Notes: a model not told the origin generated them from the sequence alone. A stretch of 64,000 nucleotides of DNA from Oscillospiraceae bacterium (GCA_009777475.1 WRLU01000006.1:5863-69862); one strand, 5' to 3'; counted from the stretch's first letter, positions 44,801 to 54,417 are shown. Numbers and translations: made by a program.

Positions 44801-46170
44801 CCGACCCTCAGGAAATAGAAAGCATATACGATGATCCAAGATATAAGATTAACGCCATATACTGGGGTGCTGAAGGCGACCCATCCTGGAACCCCCAGAC
44901 AGATGTGTTCCTAAACGGTGTGGAATATACTCTCACGGTTGAGTTCTGGGTGACAAACGGCTATGTCTTCACCGAGGAAACTAATATGCGGGTCAACGGC
45001 ATGATACCTAAGCACGATGCCAAGCAAATAAGCCTGACCAGCTTTGAAATGAGCCATACCTTCCTGTCGCTGCTCCCGGAGGAGCTTGTAGGGATTGAGG
45101 TGGAGCGTCAGCCCGGGCTGGTGTATGAAGAGGGCGATGCTCTTGACCTGGATTTGCTTAGAGTGGCACTTCTATACGACAGCGGCAGACAGGAGCTTGC
45201 TGAGTTTAGCAGGTTTGGGGAATACAACCTCACTGCCAGTCCCGGCGGCGGCACTGTGCTGACTGTGGCGGAACATCACGGCAGACAGGTAACAGTAACC
45301 CACAGCCACGGTTTCTCCGATAAAACTCAAAGCCTGACCGTTACCGCCGTCCTTCCCACGCCAACACCTACTCCTACGCCGACCCCAACGCCAACACCGA
45401 CCCCAACGCCAACTCCAACTCCCACACCTACTGAGGAACCAACCGCGGCTCCAACGGAGGCACCCACACCAACGCCGGCTCCGAACATCCTGGGTATCAA
45501 TTTAGATGTAACCGCTCCCATCATTGGAACAATGCCAGACAATAATATGGGCAATATTGTTATAGATGATGGAAACATTGATAAATGTTACATTTCAAAT
45601 TTGAGCTGGAACACTAGTACAGCGTTCAAGGGCAATATGCAGTACACGGTTTCTATCTCAATGCGACCCAACCCGGGATTTACTTTTACTGGGCTGACAA
45701 AAGAAAATGTAACCGTCAACATGGGTCCAGGACGAAAAGGCGGGGGGTCGGCGTTTTCCATCCTCAACATGGGCTCAGTAGTCGCAATACAGTATACTTT
45801 CCCGCCAATTAAGCTGAACAATCCTGACATTGACATTGACATTACCGCCCCTGTCGTTGGTGAAAACAAAGAAACCAACCCGGGCAATATTGAGCTTCCT
45901 GAAAATGCGCCGTATAAGGTCAGCCTGCTGGAAAACTCAATCTTTTGGTCCCCGACCGCCGGATCATTTAGTAAAGGCAGGGACTACACTGTGTGGATTG
46001 TTTTGGAAATCAAAGATGAAATGACCGGAGAAGCTCGGGGTATTGGAGATCCGGAGGGCTATACCTTCATTGGTCAGAAAACAGCCAAGATTAATGGAAT
46101 GGATGCTTCTATTTCCAATATCAGCGACACATTTGCCTGCGTAAGCGTTACCTTCCCGGCATTAGATTAG
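41842..46170 (+). CDS. Giant secreted multidomain protein: signal peptide, discoidin-like domains, bacterial Ig-like domains, (PT)n linker, repeated ~100-aa beta modules
   Basis: Start at ATG 41842 (GAAGGGGGA RBS). Leader [28 protein letters not shown] and [31 protein letters not shown]. Three YxxGExLDLxGLxVxxxY-type Ig modules. Four modules of the pattern APxxGxxP...YxV..I.W.P...F..G..YT. Confidence 0.75.
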   Translation: MKKFIRGRVTFSRRLCLRAFCFAVVFAMLAGLPADTLLHSSALLQSQSLTALADVTAGATASACSVNGSNTANRALTAADEWWESANSWGHKVLCVDLGAVYTVSSMQIWVNYDPHRISIQSSVDGPSDVSNGGQGGTGANLTSNGHLPSGYEQRVNNTQYTNGALRDVPSFASFQARYIRLVITERWSGNADVAAVIRQVVVMGEELIGGGSSGQPVEWNFLTADGSMNGTVAAPGVTYGTARNNDANKDAPITGTSTTYYWDGSNGTNRYWDIWAVCLPEPQNIKRIEWVTSGVGKGATNEIYIAAEHNGLNNSNNSWNNGDSPPPAPFTRIYNWNHNEDFGMSGKSVPPGMTWDPPGYQKEGEVTISFDVNQEIQAVALRGIGLTVKQVRIIGEKISNIEPTPDTAPPGVNLALGRGNTSWSNGNSFNNGPRNAFDGNTGTEWQSNSRGANRVLGVDLGETYGIGEIVLKTDERNWADRPLEMRFRVDVAVDAGAVSGTTMNITNNDNGNGTGVDTATGSNGWTTVLSDTGVLSFNSGNGWERSIGLPGSPHTARYVRVVSIGDATTNANDNVVWLAEFEVYGAAAEPTAEPEPTPQLEWTDITALAVKTPPAKMSYTAGERLDLNGLEVTVTYNGEHMVDVPLDEFALHALAVSPASRTILTPDFDGTRIAVTHSTGLMAQTDPLTVKSVTGIAVLDQPGRLEYSLDERLSLAELKVGLTYSDSSTEEVTYSANRFAARGLLTEPANGTQLSIEHNGLPVRIYCRWDSAEGFTNNLSVTAPASGSQDIWTGTFDYSISDDGYSYGGLKTGADINITQNRRFMGFELENPSVNWRTLTLNFERDINSPGADTNTHEGNTNPDRNKLIRLFDFTLYNSDGQIINGLDLGGVSQTVYIDLHQYNGRAGFGESHDINIARTGLSDSSNHLRSFHRNGNLGPRGQGTVTRIFLTDSLPGGLTRLAEPEIIRNPSFTIPAPFLGDAPITDPQEIESIYDDPRYKINAIYWGAEGDPSWNPQTDVFLNGVEYTLTVEFWVTNGYVFTEETNMRVNGMIPKHDAKQISLTSFEMSHTFLSLLPEELVGIEVERQPGLVYEEGDALDLDLLRVALLYDSGRQELAEFSRFGEYNLTASPGGGTVLTVAEHHGRQVTVTHSHGFSDKTQSLTVTAVLPTPTPTPTPTPTPTPTPTPTPTPTPTEEPTAAPTEAPTPTPAPNILGINLDVTAPIIGTMPDNNMGNIVIDDGNIDKCYISNLSWNTSTAFKGNMQYTVSISMRPNPGFTFTGLTKENVTVNMGPGRKGGGSAFSILNMGSVVAIQYTFPPIKLNNPDIDIDITAPVVGENKETNPGNIELPENAPYKVSLLENSIFWSPTAGSFSKGRDYTVWIVLEIKDEMTGEARGIGDPEGYTFIGQKTAKINGMDASISNISDTFACVSVTFPALD
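45355..45483 (+). repeat. Low-complexity coding repeat: (Pro-Thr)x13 followed by a PT/A/E-rich linker
   Basis: CCN ACN dicodon run read in frame (PTPTPT...[18 protein letters not shown]). Confidence 0.9.
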
Positions 46171-46317
46171 GCAGAATTCCCGCGTGGGCCGGGAACTCCC
46201 GGTACCGGAAACTGCTTTGTGCGCGAGCTGAAACCCCTTCTCGTCAGCGGGAGGGGGGCGGTAAGGGGGAACCGCGCTTTACATAGACAGCAAAATATTA
46301 TGGGAAAATAAGAAAGG

Positions 46318-46920
46318 ATGAAGAAAATGACAAAAAATAGAAAACGCTTAATGGCACTGATGATAGCATTCATGTTCCTGTTTGTCATCGGTGCGGCCTA
46401 TGCCACAACAGCCGGATCCCTGACGTGGAATACAACAATAAGCCTAAGCGGAGTCGTAAAGGTTTCCATATCCGCAGGGGTTTTTGACAGCTCACAGGCT
46501 AGCGACACAAGTACCAATCTTGCCGATTGGATTGATGCAAGTGGTAGCCACAACGGCAACGATAGCGGCAATCTTAACGCAGGAAAGACCCTTACCGCCG
46601 ACCTTCTTCAAAAGGATGGTTTCATCATTTACGCTCTTAAGGTCAAAAACGAGAGCTCTTATGACATTACGTTGACAGGTGTTAGCGGGCTACCAAGCAC
46701 AACTGCTGATATAGAGGTTTTTCCACCAAGCTTTACCAATCTCAAAGTAGACAAAGCCGGGGGGACAGCAGATATATTTATCGGGTTCAAGAGACTTACT
46801 GATGGGGGCACGAGTAACGTGACCAGTTCTATTGCAGTGGGCTACACGATAGATGATATCGGATCTGCTCCTGATGCAATGCCGGCTTTGCCCACCCCAG
46901 TAGCAGAACCGGCACCATAA
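46318..46920 (+). CDS. Small secreted protein of unknown function
   Basis: 200 aa. Basic N-region plus hydrophobic core KNRKRLMALMIAFMFLFVIGAAYA. S/T/G/D-rich mature part with a Pro-rich C-terminus. Confidence 0.55.
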   Translation: MKKMTKNRKRLMALMIAFMFLFVIGAAYATTAGSLTWNTTISLSGVVKVSISAGVFDSSQASDTSTNLADWIDASGSHNGNDSGNLNAGKTLTADLLQKDGFIIYALKVKNESSYDITLTGVSGLPSTTADIEVFPPSFTNLKVDKAGGTADIFIGFKRLTDGGTSNVTSSIAVGYTIDDIGSAPDAMPALPTPVAEPAP

Positions 46921-46953
46921 CAGCATCGTCAGCTGAATTTTGCACATGCATAG

Positions 46954-46989
46954 CCCCCCGGGACGGACACCCCTATCCGTCCCGGGGGG
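46954..46989 (+). terminator. GC-rich stem-loop terminator
   Basis: CCCCCCGGGACGGAcacccctaTCCGTCCCGGGGGG, followed by TTGCTGG. Confidence 0.6.
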
Positions 46990-47051
46990 TTGCTGGTACC
47001 CCAAGGCAAGCCGGCCAGAGGCACCCGGGAAAAACAATTTTGCGCCTGGGG

Positions 47052-47081
47052 TTGACAAAGGGGCATAGCTATGTATATACT
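47052..47081 (+). promoter_or_regulatory. Sigma-A-type promoter for yceD-rpmF
   Basis: TTGACA, 16 to 18 nt, TATATA/TATACT. Confidence 0.55.
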
Positions 47082-47143
47082 GTCTCTGCGGGGGGAGACG
47101 CCCTTCCGCAAATGTTTCTGATTACTGGCGTTGCAGGTGAATT

Positions 47144-47647
47144 ATGAAGCTGGATACTCGTTGTTTGTCAGAGGGTGAGCCTCTCGTTTTCCGGCATTCC
47201 CTTGATTTGTCCGGTCTCTTGTTTTCAGGGCAAAGGGTTTTCTCCGTGCCCATTGACATAGAGGGCTCCTTGGAAGGGCGGGCAAATGGCTTGATTCTGA
47301 AGGGGACATACCGTACCGTGCTGTCATTGGTCTGTGATCGTTGCGCGCTTTTGTTCAGCAGAGAGCATTCGGGGTGCCTGGAGGCTGTGCTGCAGGATGA
47401 CCCGCCGCAGCAGGACAGGGAGGATATTGTCCTTTTGCAAAACGGTGTTTGCGATTTGGATGAAATTTTTACGCCGGCAATAATCCTCTCCCTTGACACA
47501 AAAAACCTATGCAAGCCAGACTGCCGGGGGATTTGCGTTTCCTGCGGCCAGGATTTGAATCGGCAGAGCTGTATCTGCGGCCCCCGGCCCACTGACCCCC
47601 GCCTGGAGGCCCTGCGCAGGCTTTTGCAGGACGGCGGCGATGCCTGA
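47144..47647 (+). CDS. yceD: DUF177 protein YceD (23S rRNA accumulation / L32-associated)
   Basis: Cys-rich C-terminus CKPDCRGICVSCGQDLN, with the conserved position directly upstream of rpmF. Confidence 0.85.
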   Translation: MKLDTRCLSEGEPLVFRHSLDLSGLLFSGQRVFSVPIDIEGSLEGRANGLILKGTYRTVLSLVCDRCALLFSREHSGCLEAVLQDDPPQQDREDIVLLQNGVCDLDEIFTPAIILSLDTKNLCKPDCRGICVSCGQDLNRQSCICGPRPTDPRLEALRRLLQDGGDA

Positions 47648-47688
47648 AGCCGGGACCCATGACTTTAAAAAAAGGTGGTGTATAGAAC

Positions 47689-47880
47689 ATGGCAGTACCA
47701 AAAAGGAGAACCTCCAAGCAACGCCGCAAGCTGCGCCGCAGCAATGTTTGGCGTCTGGTTCCCCCGAACCTTATAAGCTGTCCTAAGTGCGGCGAGCTTA
47801 AGCTGTCACATAGGGTATGTAAGGCATGCGGGACGTATGATGGGCGGGAGGTCATTGTGAAGAAGGAAAAGAAAGCATAG
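47689..47880 (+). CDS. rpmF: 50S ribosomal protein L32
   Basis: [35 protein letters not shown]. Confidence 0.95.
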   Translation: MAVPKRRTSKQRRKLRRSNVWRLVPPNLISCPKCGELKLSHRVCKACGTYDGREVIVKKEKKA

Positions 47881-47890
47881 TATTCCTCTA

Positions 47891-47912
47891 AAAACCGCCG
47901 TCAGGCGGTTTT
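47891..47912 (+). terminator. Intrinsic terminator after rpmF
   Basis: AAAACCGCCgtcaGGCGGTTTT. Confidence 0.7.
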
Positions 47913-47960
47913 GGGTTATTATGGCAGCCGATATGCGCGTTCGGCTCACGGGAGGTTTGT

Positions 47961-49391
47961 ATGAAAAAGCTTGTCGAGCAGATCACTTCACGGGAGGATG
48001 ATTTTGCGGCATGGTATACCGATGTTGTCAAAAAAGCCGGGCTGATTGATTATTCCAGTGCCAAGGGCTTTGTGGTGCTACGTCCTTATGCCTATGCTAT
48101 TTGGGAAAACATTCAATCTATAGCAGATAAAATGTTTAAGGATACAGGGCATGAGAATGTTTATATGCCGCTCATTATACCCGAAAGCCTTTTGCAAAAG
48201 GAAAAGGATCATGTGGTGGGGTTTGCCCCTGAGGTTGCCTGGATTACCCATGGCGGCACCGAGGAATTGAGCGAGCGGTTCTGCATACGCCCTACCAGCG
48301 AAACCCTTTTTTGCGAGCATTATTCACATGTTGTGCAGTCTTGGCGGGATTTGCCCAAGCTGTATAACCAATGGTGCAGCGTGGTACGCTGGGAAAAAAC
48401 AACCCGCCCATTTTTACGCAGCCGCGAATTTTTGTGGCAGGAGGGTCATACTATCCATGCCACCAGCCAGGAGGCTCAGGATGAGGCCCTGCGTATGCTA
48501 GACATATATACCAACCTCGCCGAGGAATACCTGGCAATGCCCGTTGTCCGGGGCAGAAAAACCGAGGGCGAAAAATTCGCCGGGGCAGTGTCAACCTACA
48601 CAATGGAGTGCATGATGCACGATGGCAAGGCTCTTCAGTCCGGCACAACACACTTTTTCGGCGATGGTTTTTCCAAGGCTTTTGACATACAGTTTACCGA
48701 TAAGGAAAACAAACTTTCATATCCATTCCAGACCTCGTGGGGATTTTCAACGCGGCTTATCGGCGGCATTATAATGACCCACGGCGATGATTCGGGACTG
48801 GTGCTTCCCCCTGCGGTCGCCCCCATACAGGTTATAGTTATACCCATAGCGCAGCATAAACCGGGTGTTTTGGAAAAATGCCGGGAGGTTTGTGAAAAAC
48901 TCAAAAATGCCGGGATCCGCGCCAGGATTGACGATTCCGACTATTCGCCAGGCTGGAAATTCGCCGAATATGAAATGAAAGGCGTTCCGGTACGTTTGGA
49001 ATTAGGGCCGAGGGATATAGAGGCGGAACAGTGTGTTTTAGCTAAAAGAACCGGGGGCAAGGCTACAGCTCCGATAAATGGGGTAACCGATGCCGCGGCG
49101 GACGTTTTGAAGGATGTTCAAGCCGAGCTGCTTGCTAGTGCCCGGCAAAATCTCAAGAACCGCTCATCTCAGGCGTTTTGCCTCGATGAAATGGTTCAAA
49201 TCGCCAAAACCAAGGGCGGCTTCATTACAACAATGTGGTGCGGCGGCGGCGGGTGCGAGAATACAGTGAAGGAGGCCACCGATGGGGTTAAATCTCGTTG
49301 CCTTCCCTTTGATCAGTCCCCAATAGCCGATGTGTGTGCCGTGTGCGGCGAAAGGGCTGATCGTGTACTGGTTTGGGGTTATCAGTATTAG
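47961..49391 (+). CDS. proS: Prolyl-tRNA synthetase (archaeal/eukaryote-like type, no INS editing domain)
   Basis: 476 aa with DFAAWYTDVVKKAGLIDY, RPTSETLF, FLWQEGHT and a C-terminal Zn-binding-type domain. Confidence 0.9.
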   Translation: MKKLVEQITSREDDFAAWYTDVVKKAGLIDYSSAKGFVVLRPYAYAIWENIQSIADKMFKDTGHENVYMPLIIPESLLQKEKDHVVGFAPEVAWITHGGTEELSERFCIRPTSETLFCEHYSHVVQSWRDLPKLYNQWCSVVRWEKTTRPFLRSREFLWQEGHTIHATSQEAQDEALRMLDIYTNLAEEYLAMPVVRGRKTEGEKFAGAVSTYTMECMMHDGKALQSGTTHFFGDGFSKAFDIQFTDKENKLSYPFQTSWGFSTRLIGGIIMTHGDDSGLVLPPAVAPIQVIVIPIAQHKPGVLEKCREVCEKLKNAGIRARIDDSDYSPGWKFAEYEMKGVPVRLELGPRDIEAEQCVLAKRTGGKATAPINGVTDAAADVLKDVQAELLASARQNLKNRSSQAFCLDEMVQIAKTKGGFITTMWCGGGGCENTVKEATDGVKSRCLPFDQSPIADVCAVCGERADRVLVWGYQY

Positions 49392-49573
49392 AGCCTGTTC
49401 CCCATGACCTCCTGCCACGCTTGCCGCTGAAATTTCTTGCCGGGAGCAGGTTCGTCTGCGGGATTTGGCCTTGCTTGGCGAAAATTTACTCGAAATCTGA
49501 ATCAGCCCAGTCTAGGGGGCTTGGCACCGCAAAAAACATACGCGATTATAAAAGTGAACAGGAGATTTTGCAT

Positions 49574-50974
49574 ATGTTCGGGAAAACCACAAAAGAAACA
49601 TGGGTCTGTATGATTTTGGTACTGTCAATGCTGTTTCCCTTGCTATTATCGGCTGAGGGAGCTGAGAAAAAACCAAAGGTTCGCGCCAAATCAGCTATAT
49701 TAGTGTACGCCGGTGATAACGAGGATAGCGATGAGGTTATCTATTCCCGCAATGAGCATGAACGCAGGGAGCCTGCCAGCATTACTAAAATTATGACCGT
49801 GCTTTTGGCCTTGGAATTTGCCGAAACGGATGCCAAAGGGCTTGATGCCGTTGTCACGGCCAAAAAATCTGACTTAATCACTCTGCGCCCTGGCGGCAGT
49901 AACGCCGGGATTCAGGTTGGTGAGAAAATGAGCCTTGAAGATTTAATTTACTGTTCCATGATAAAATCCGCCAATGATGCCTGCAACATCATTGCCCGCT
50001 ATGTCGCGGGAAGTGTTCCTGAGTTTATGAATATGGTAAATAATCGCCTTGCAGAAATCGGTTGCCGAAACAGCAAGTTTACAGATCCATACGGCTGGCC
50101 TGATACCGAAAAGGGCCAGGAGCATTACACCACGGCGCATGACCTTTACCTTATGATTAAAGAGTGCATGAAAAATCAAAAATTCCTTGAAATTGCCCAC
50201 ACTGAGAGATATACTGTGCCTCCTACCAACAAAACCCCTGAGGGGAGAGCCTACAGAACCACTAATAAACTTATATCATCACCGGATGATCCTGATTCAC
50301 TCTACCCCTATGCTCGTGGAATCAAAACCGGGTTTACAAATAATGCGGGTCATTGCTTAGCCTCCTTAGCCGAAAAGGACAATATGAAGCTTATAAGCGT
50401 GGTACTAGGGGCAACGAAGAACTCTAAAACGGGAGTCAATCGTAGCTTTGTGGAAACCAAGGCGTTGTTTGAATGGGGGTTTGCGAATTTCCAAAAGCGA
50501 AAGATTATACCGCGCAACGATATTGTGGCGAGTACTAAGGTCGAAATGGGTATAGATCAATATGAGGTCGAATTAGTTACCGAAGAAGCACTGGAGGCGT
50601 TAGTCCCTAAGAATCTTGATATTGCTGAAATTGAAAAAAAAGTTGCTCACAAGTATCCTGATGGTATTACCGCACCGGTCAAAAGAGGCCAGGAAATGGG
50701 GACACTTACCCTTATCCATGACGGGCGTGAATTAGGCTCGGTGCAATTACTTGCCAGCAAGGATATACAAAGGGATCTGCCAAAGCATATAGAGCGTGAG
50801 GTTAAAGGCTTTTTCAGCAAGCCGTTGATTAAGGCAATAGTTATAATAGTGGTCATTTTTATTGCCGGGTATGCTGTGCTTCTTATACGGCTGTATATAC
50901 GGCATAGAAATCGCAAGCGAAACAAAAGGGGGGCAAACTACCGCGGCTCCCGAAATAAACGGAGGCGTTTATGA
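49574..50974 (+). CDS. D-alanyl-D-alanine carboxypeptidase (S11, PBP5/DacB-DacF-like) with C-terminal membrane anchor
   Basis: SxxK (ASITKIM), SxN (IKSANDA), KTG (GIKTGFT). The start is trimmed to ATG 49574 (GGAG RBS). C-terminal helix KAIVIIVVIFIAGYAVLLI. Confidence 0.88.
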   Translation: MFGKTTKETWVCMILVLSMLFPLLLSAEGAEKKPKVRAKSAILVYAGDNEDSDEVIYSRNEHERREPASITKIMTVLLALEFAETDAKGLDAVVTAKKSDLITLRPGGSNAGIQVGEKMSLEDLIYCSMIKSANDACNIIARYVAGSVPEFMNMVNNRLAEIGCRNSKFTDPYGWPDTEKGQEHYTTAHDLYLMIKECMKNQKFLEIAHTERYTVPPTNKTPEGRAYRTTNKLISSPDDPDSLYPYARGIKTGFTNNAGHCLASLAEKDNMKLISVVLGATKNSKTGVNRSFVETKALFEWGFANFQKRKIIPRNDIVASTKVEMGIDQYEVELVTEEALEALVPKNLDIAEIEKKVAHKYPDGITAPVKRGQEMGTLTLIHDGRELGSVQLLASKDIQRDLPKHIEREVKGFFSKPLIKAIVIIVVIFIAGYAVLLIRLYIRHRNRKRNKRGANYRGSRNKRRRL

Positions 50975-52008
50975 GACTTAGCCTGCTGTTTTTACTGTTG
51001 TTCATTTGTGCATCCTGCCACGGCACCAACATGCCCTCAGACGACCAATGGGAAGCAACAGCCGGGGAACGCTTGCCCGGGAGCTTGCCTCTTCTGACTA
51101 TTGACAAGATACCCATATCCGATCCCGAGGTGAATTACGTCATAAGCAGGACCATAGAAAATGAAATACAGGAAAACCCGGAGCTTGCCAGCGGCGCACC
51201 GGATAGGGATGACTGGGATTATATCCTCAAAAAAACCCTTGAAGCAATAACCTCAAGCCGCATACTTGACAATAACGCAAAAAAACTGGGATATGGCCTG
51301 GACGGTGCCCAAGAGAGAGAAATTGACGAATTCATTCAATGGGAAATTCAAGAAGCAGGAGGCAGAGATGCTTTTGACGTTATGATAGACAGTATGGGAG
51401 GCAGCATGGAGCTGTTCAGGTTCTATGAATACACCGTGCCGATCCTTCAGCAAAAACTGATAGAGAGCTTATTTCAGCCTGGTGCGCCTTATGCCCCCGA
51501 TTCCAGCACACTTGGCGAGCTGTATGAACAGGCATTTACTAATGCAAGCTATATACTCATTCAAAACCGTGACAACGAGTGGAACCTATTAAGCGGGGGA
51601 CAGTTAGAGCGTCAGAGAGCCATTGCCCAGGTCCTCAGAGACAGGGCAATAGCCGGGGAGGATTTTGCCTCTCTTATTGTCGAATATGGCTGCGATGCCG
51701 AGATGAATGACAATCCTGGCGGTTTTCCAATACCAAGAGGACACTTAGGCAGCAATTTCGATAAAGCTCTTGCCGCGCTGGAGGAGGGGGAGATTTCTCC
51801 GGTTGTTGAGTCCGATGATGGCTTTTATATAATTAAACGCCATCCGCCGGACGCTGAATGGGGCAAAGAAAATATAGAGATTATTGAAGCACTGTATGCA
51901 GAGGAAACATATGAGAGCTTGCTCGGTGAGTGGCATGAAAATGCCGCTATAGCAGTTAATGATGAGTTTTGGGCTATAGATGCGGGCAGCTACGCGCCTG
52001 TGGGGTAA
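50971..52008 (+). CDS. Lipoprotein peptidyl-prolyl isomerase (SurA-N-like plus PpiC/parvulin domain, PrsA-like)
   Basis: Lipobox-like LLLFICASC. Parvulin-like GGFPIPRGHLGSNFDKALAALEEGEISPVVESDDGFYIIKR. ATGA overlap with the upstream stop. Confidence 0.7.
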   Translation: MRLSLLFLLLFICASCHGTNMPSDDQWEATAGERLPGSLPLLTIDKIPISDPEVNYVISRTIENEIQENPELASGAPDRDDWDYILKKTLEAITSSRILDNNAKKLGYGLDGAQEREIDEFIQWEIQEAGGRDAFDVMIDSMGGSMELFRFYEYTVPILQQKLIESLFQPGAPYAPDSSTLGELYEQAFTNASYILIQNRDNEWNLLSGGQLERQRAIAQVLRDRAIAGEDFASLIVEYGCDAEMNDNPGGFPIPRGHLGSNFDKALAALEEGEISPVVESDDGFYIIKRHPPDAEWGKENIEIIEALYAEETYESLLGEWHENAAIAVNDEFWAIDAGSYAPVG

Positions 52009-52039
52009 ATGAGGAAGATATTTAAAGGGAGGGCCATGA

Positions 52040-53611
52040 TTGATAACTCAAGCTAAAATTAAATTATGTGCCGCAGGGCTTGCCGGCCTGTGCCTAATAT
52101 GCCTTGCAGGGTGTGATGCCGACTTTTTTTATCCCGATATTTTAGAGCCGGCTGCAACTCCGTCACCTGAAATCATCACTCCTATTCCGGCGGCTTTACC
52201 CGATCAAAAGCCAAATATCAACGCCTTTGGAATTGCATATACTCCGCCGCTGAAAAAAGGCTTTGACCCTCTTGGCGATGACCGCCCTTATAACGGAATG
52301 GCGGCACGGCTGTGCTATGAGGGATTGTTTGAACTGAATGAAAATCTTGCACCTGTACCCCTTTTAGCAGAAGGGTATGCCACCGAAGATAATATAACCT
52401 ATACAGTAAAAATCAAAAAAACGGCAGCTTTTTGGGACGGAAGCCCGGTTAGGGCAGATGATGCGGTATATTCCCTGAACAAAGCAAAGGAAGGCAAGCG
52501 TTACTCCGAACGCCTTGCCAATATGGCCTCCGCCCAGCCAGACGGAAAAAACAGCCTTATTATCACTATGAATGCCCCGGTATTTAACGCTATGGCTCTC
52601 CTTGATGTGCCTATCGTTAAAAAGGGCTCATCGGGCAACAGCGTAGGATCAGGGCCATACCGGCTTAGCAAGGGGGAGGATGGTGACTTTTTGCTGGCAA
52701 ATAAACGCTGGCACCTGAGTCAAGAGCCTCTTGCCATAGGGCGGATTGAATTAATCAAAGCACATAAACCGGACGATTTGGCACGAGGATTCAGCCAAAA
52801 GCACATCAGTGTGCTGTCTATAGACCCATATGCGACTGTTTCGCCCGGTATTCAGGCAGGTGACAGAAGATCATATCATATTCCGGCAATACAGATTATC
52901 GGCTTTAATTTCAAAAAAGCCTCACTGGGCAACTCTCCCGCCCTGCGGAGGGGCCTGACCCTGGCAACAGACCGCCAAGGGCTTATGCAGCAGGTCTACG
53001 GCGGCTATACTCTGCCATGCGGAATACCGTTCCCCCCATACTCCGAATTTTATAACGCCGAGGGGGATGATAAAACGCGATTTCAGCTAAATAAAGCAAA
53101 GGAATTGCTTTCCGGATTTTCAGGACAGCTGGATTTAATTGTAGACAACTCCAGCCCATACCGCATACAAGCCGCCGAGCTGTACGCATCCATGATGAAA
53201 AAACAGCTTAAAATCAGCATAAACGTAAGGGTTTTAGGTTGGGATGCTTTTCAGCAGGCACTAAACAGCGGGGGCTTTGATATGTATTTCGCCGAAATAA
53301 ATATTTCCCCCAATTTTTCTCCCAGAACTCTGCTCTCGCCGCAAGGGGCCGGAGGAATTCTTAATTTCGGCAAATATGGATCCAAAGAGATGAACAAAGC
53401 AATACACGCTTTAGAAACAGCTGTAGGCAAAAAGGCATTGGTAGACGCTGTGGAGGCTTTTACAAGCCTGTTCGCCGACCAAGCACCGTTTATAGTCCTC
53501 GGATTCCGCAAAGGTCAGGTTTTCAGCCAGTTTGGTCAAACCGAAGGCTTAGAGCCCTCCTATTGCAACCCATACCGAAATTGGCAGAATGTTAGCGTAA
53601 ATTTGAGGTGA
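52040..53611 (+). CDS. Lipoprotein, ABC-transporter family-5 (peptide/nickel type) substrate-binding protein, orphan
   Basis: Lipobox LICLAGC; 523 aa with SBP_bac_5-like layout. No permease or ATPase genes are adjacent. TTG start with a GGGAGGG RBS. Confidence 0.7.
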   Translation: MITQAKIKLCAAGLAGLCLICLAGCDADFFYPDILEPAATPSPEIITPIPAALPDQKPNINAFGIAYTPPLKKGFDPLGDDRPYNGMAARLCYEGLFELNENLAPVPLLAEGYATEDNITYTVKIKKTAAFWDGSPVRADDAVYSLNKAKEGKRYSERLANMASAQPDGKNSLIITMNAPVFNAMALLDVPIVKKGSSGNSVGSGPYRLSKGEDGDFLLANKRWHLSQEPLAIGRIELIKAHKPDDLARGFSQKHISVLSIDPYATVSPGIQAGDRRSYHIPAIQIIGFNFKKASLGNSPALRRGLTLATDRQGLMQQVYGGYTLPCGIPFPPYSEFYNAEGDDKTRFQLNKAKELLSGFSGQLDLIVDNSSPYRIQAAELYASMMKKQLKISINVRVLGWDAFQQALNSGGFDMYFAEINISPNFSPRTLLSPQGAGGILNFGKYGSKEMNKAIHALETAVGKKALVDAVEAFTSLFADQAPFIVLGFRKGQVFSQFGQTEGLEPSYCNPYRNWQNVSVNLR

Positions 53612-53634
53612 GGGGCATATGGGAGCGTGTCCCG

Positions 53635-54417
53635 CTATCGGCCATCTGAAGCCTGCACCCAGATACCCTTGCTGTCTTCAGTCAAATCAATTTCCCGGTT
53701 GCGGCACATTTCTAAAACCGCTAGAAATGCAGCTACCGTTTCCGAACGCCCTGCTGCCCCGGCAAGGAGGTTTCTCAGAAGCACTTTGCCCCTGCTCCGC
53801 AGTTTTTTGAAGATATACGAGATTTTTTCCCCTATGGGATAAGGCTCTTTGCCTACAATACCGGCGAATGCCTCAGGCGGAGGTGGCATTCGCCTTTCCG
53901 AACGCTCGAATAGCTCACCTAAAGCACACAAAAGCTCGGCAGGATCATGCAATCTATCATACGGCTTTTCCTTTTCCGGAATACATGGAGGTTTTGTTAC
54001 AATTCCCCGGCAAAGTTCGGCGCGTGGGGCTAAAAACTCTCTGAGCCGCTCTAATCTGCCTCGTTCCTCCTCCAGCAAACGCTGCTCCAATTGGAGCTTT
54101 AGCTCGTCAATCTCTTCATTGGCTTGCTCCCCCACCGTTAAAAGATTTTTGCTTTTAATATAGACCAAGTGAGCCGCCATGGCGATGAATTCGCTGGCAA
54201 CTTCTATCTCAAGTGACTGCCGGGCATCAAGCCATTCTAAAAACTGGCGGCACAGGAGTGATATCCGCAGGTCCTGAATTTCTATCTTATTTTTTGAAAG
54301 CAGGAACAGAATAACATCAAGAGGTCCCTCGAAATCCTCCATGACCTCCTGCTTTGACTGCACCACTTTTTCCAAGTAAAAGGTTGGTGCTGCATTTGAA
54401 GGTATGTCCACAAACAC
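53635..54417 (-). CDS. scpA: Segregation and condensation protein A
   Basis: FEGPLDVILFLLSKNKIEIQDLRISLLCRQFLEWL; 260 aa. Confidence 0.88.
   Translation of the reverse strand: MFVDIPSNAAPTFYLEKVVQSKQEVMEDFEGPLDVILFLLSKNKIEIQDLRISLLCRQFLEWLDARQSLEIEVASEFIAMAAHLVYIKSKNLLTVGEQANEEIDELKLQLEQRLLEEERGRLERLREFLAPRAELCRGIVTKPPCIPEKEKPYDRLHDPAELLCALGELFERSERRMPPPPEAFAGIVGKEPYPIGEKISYIFKKLRSRGKVLLRNLLAGAAGRSETVAAFLAVLEMCRNREIDLTEDSKGIWVQASDGR

Noticed and set aside
45327-45578. (GV)n-containing minus-strand ORF, and other antisense ORFs inside the giant gene (for example 43039..43641 and 42921..43202).
   Set aside because: They are antisense to the (PT)n linker or to well-supported domain-coding sequence, and no independent signals support them.
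19902-46170. A diversity-generating retroelement acting on the large surface proteins.
   Set aside because: No reverse-transcriptase ORF and no template/variable repeat pair could be seen in the window.
46318-46410. SipW-dependent (TasA/camelysin-type) signal peptide on the 200-aa secreted protein.
   Set aside because: There is only a vague resemblance (GAAYATT versus GGGT(Y/W)A(Y/A)F), and no sipW-like peptidase gene is nearby.
49373-49573. 67-codon N-terminal extension of the D,D-carboxypeptidase ORF.
   Set aside because: It overlaps the proS 3' end and lacks an RBS. ATG 49574 has GGAG upstream and yields a normal signal peptide.
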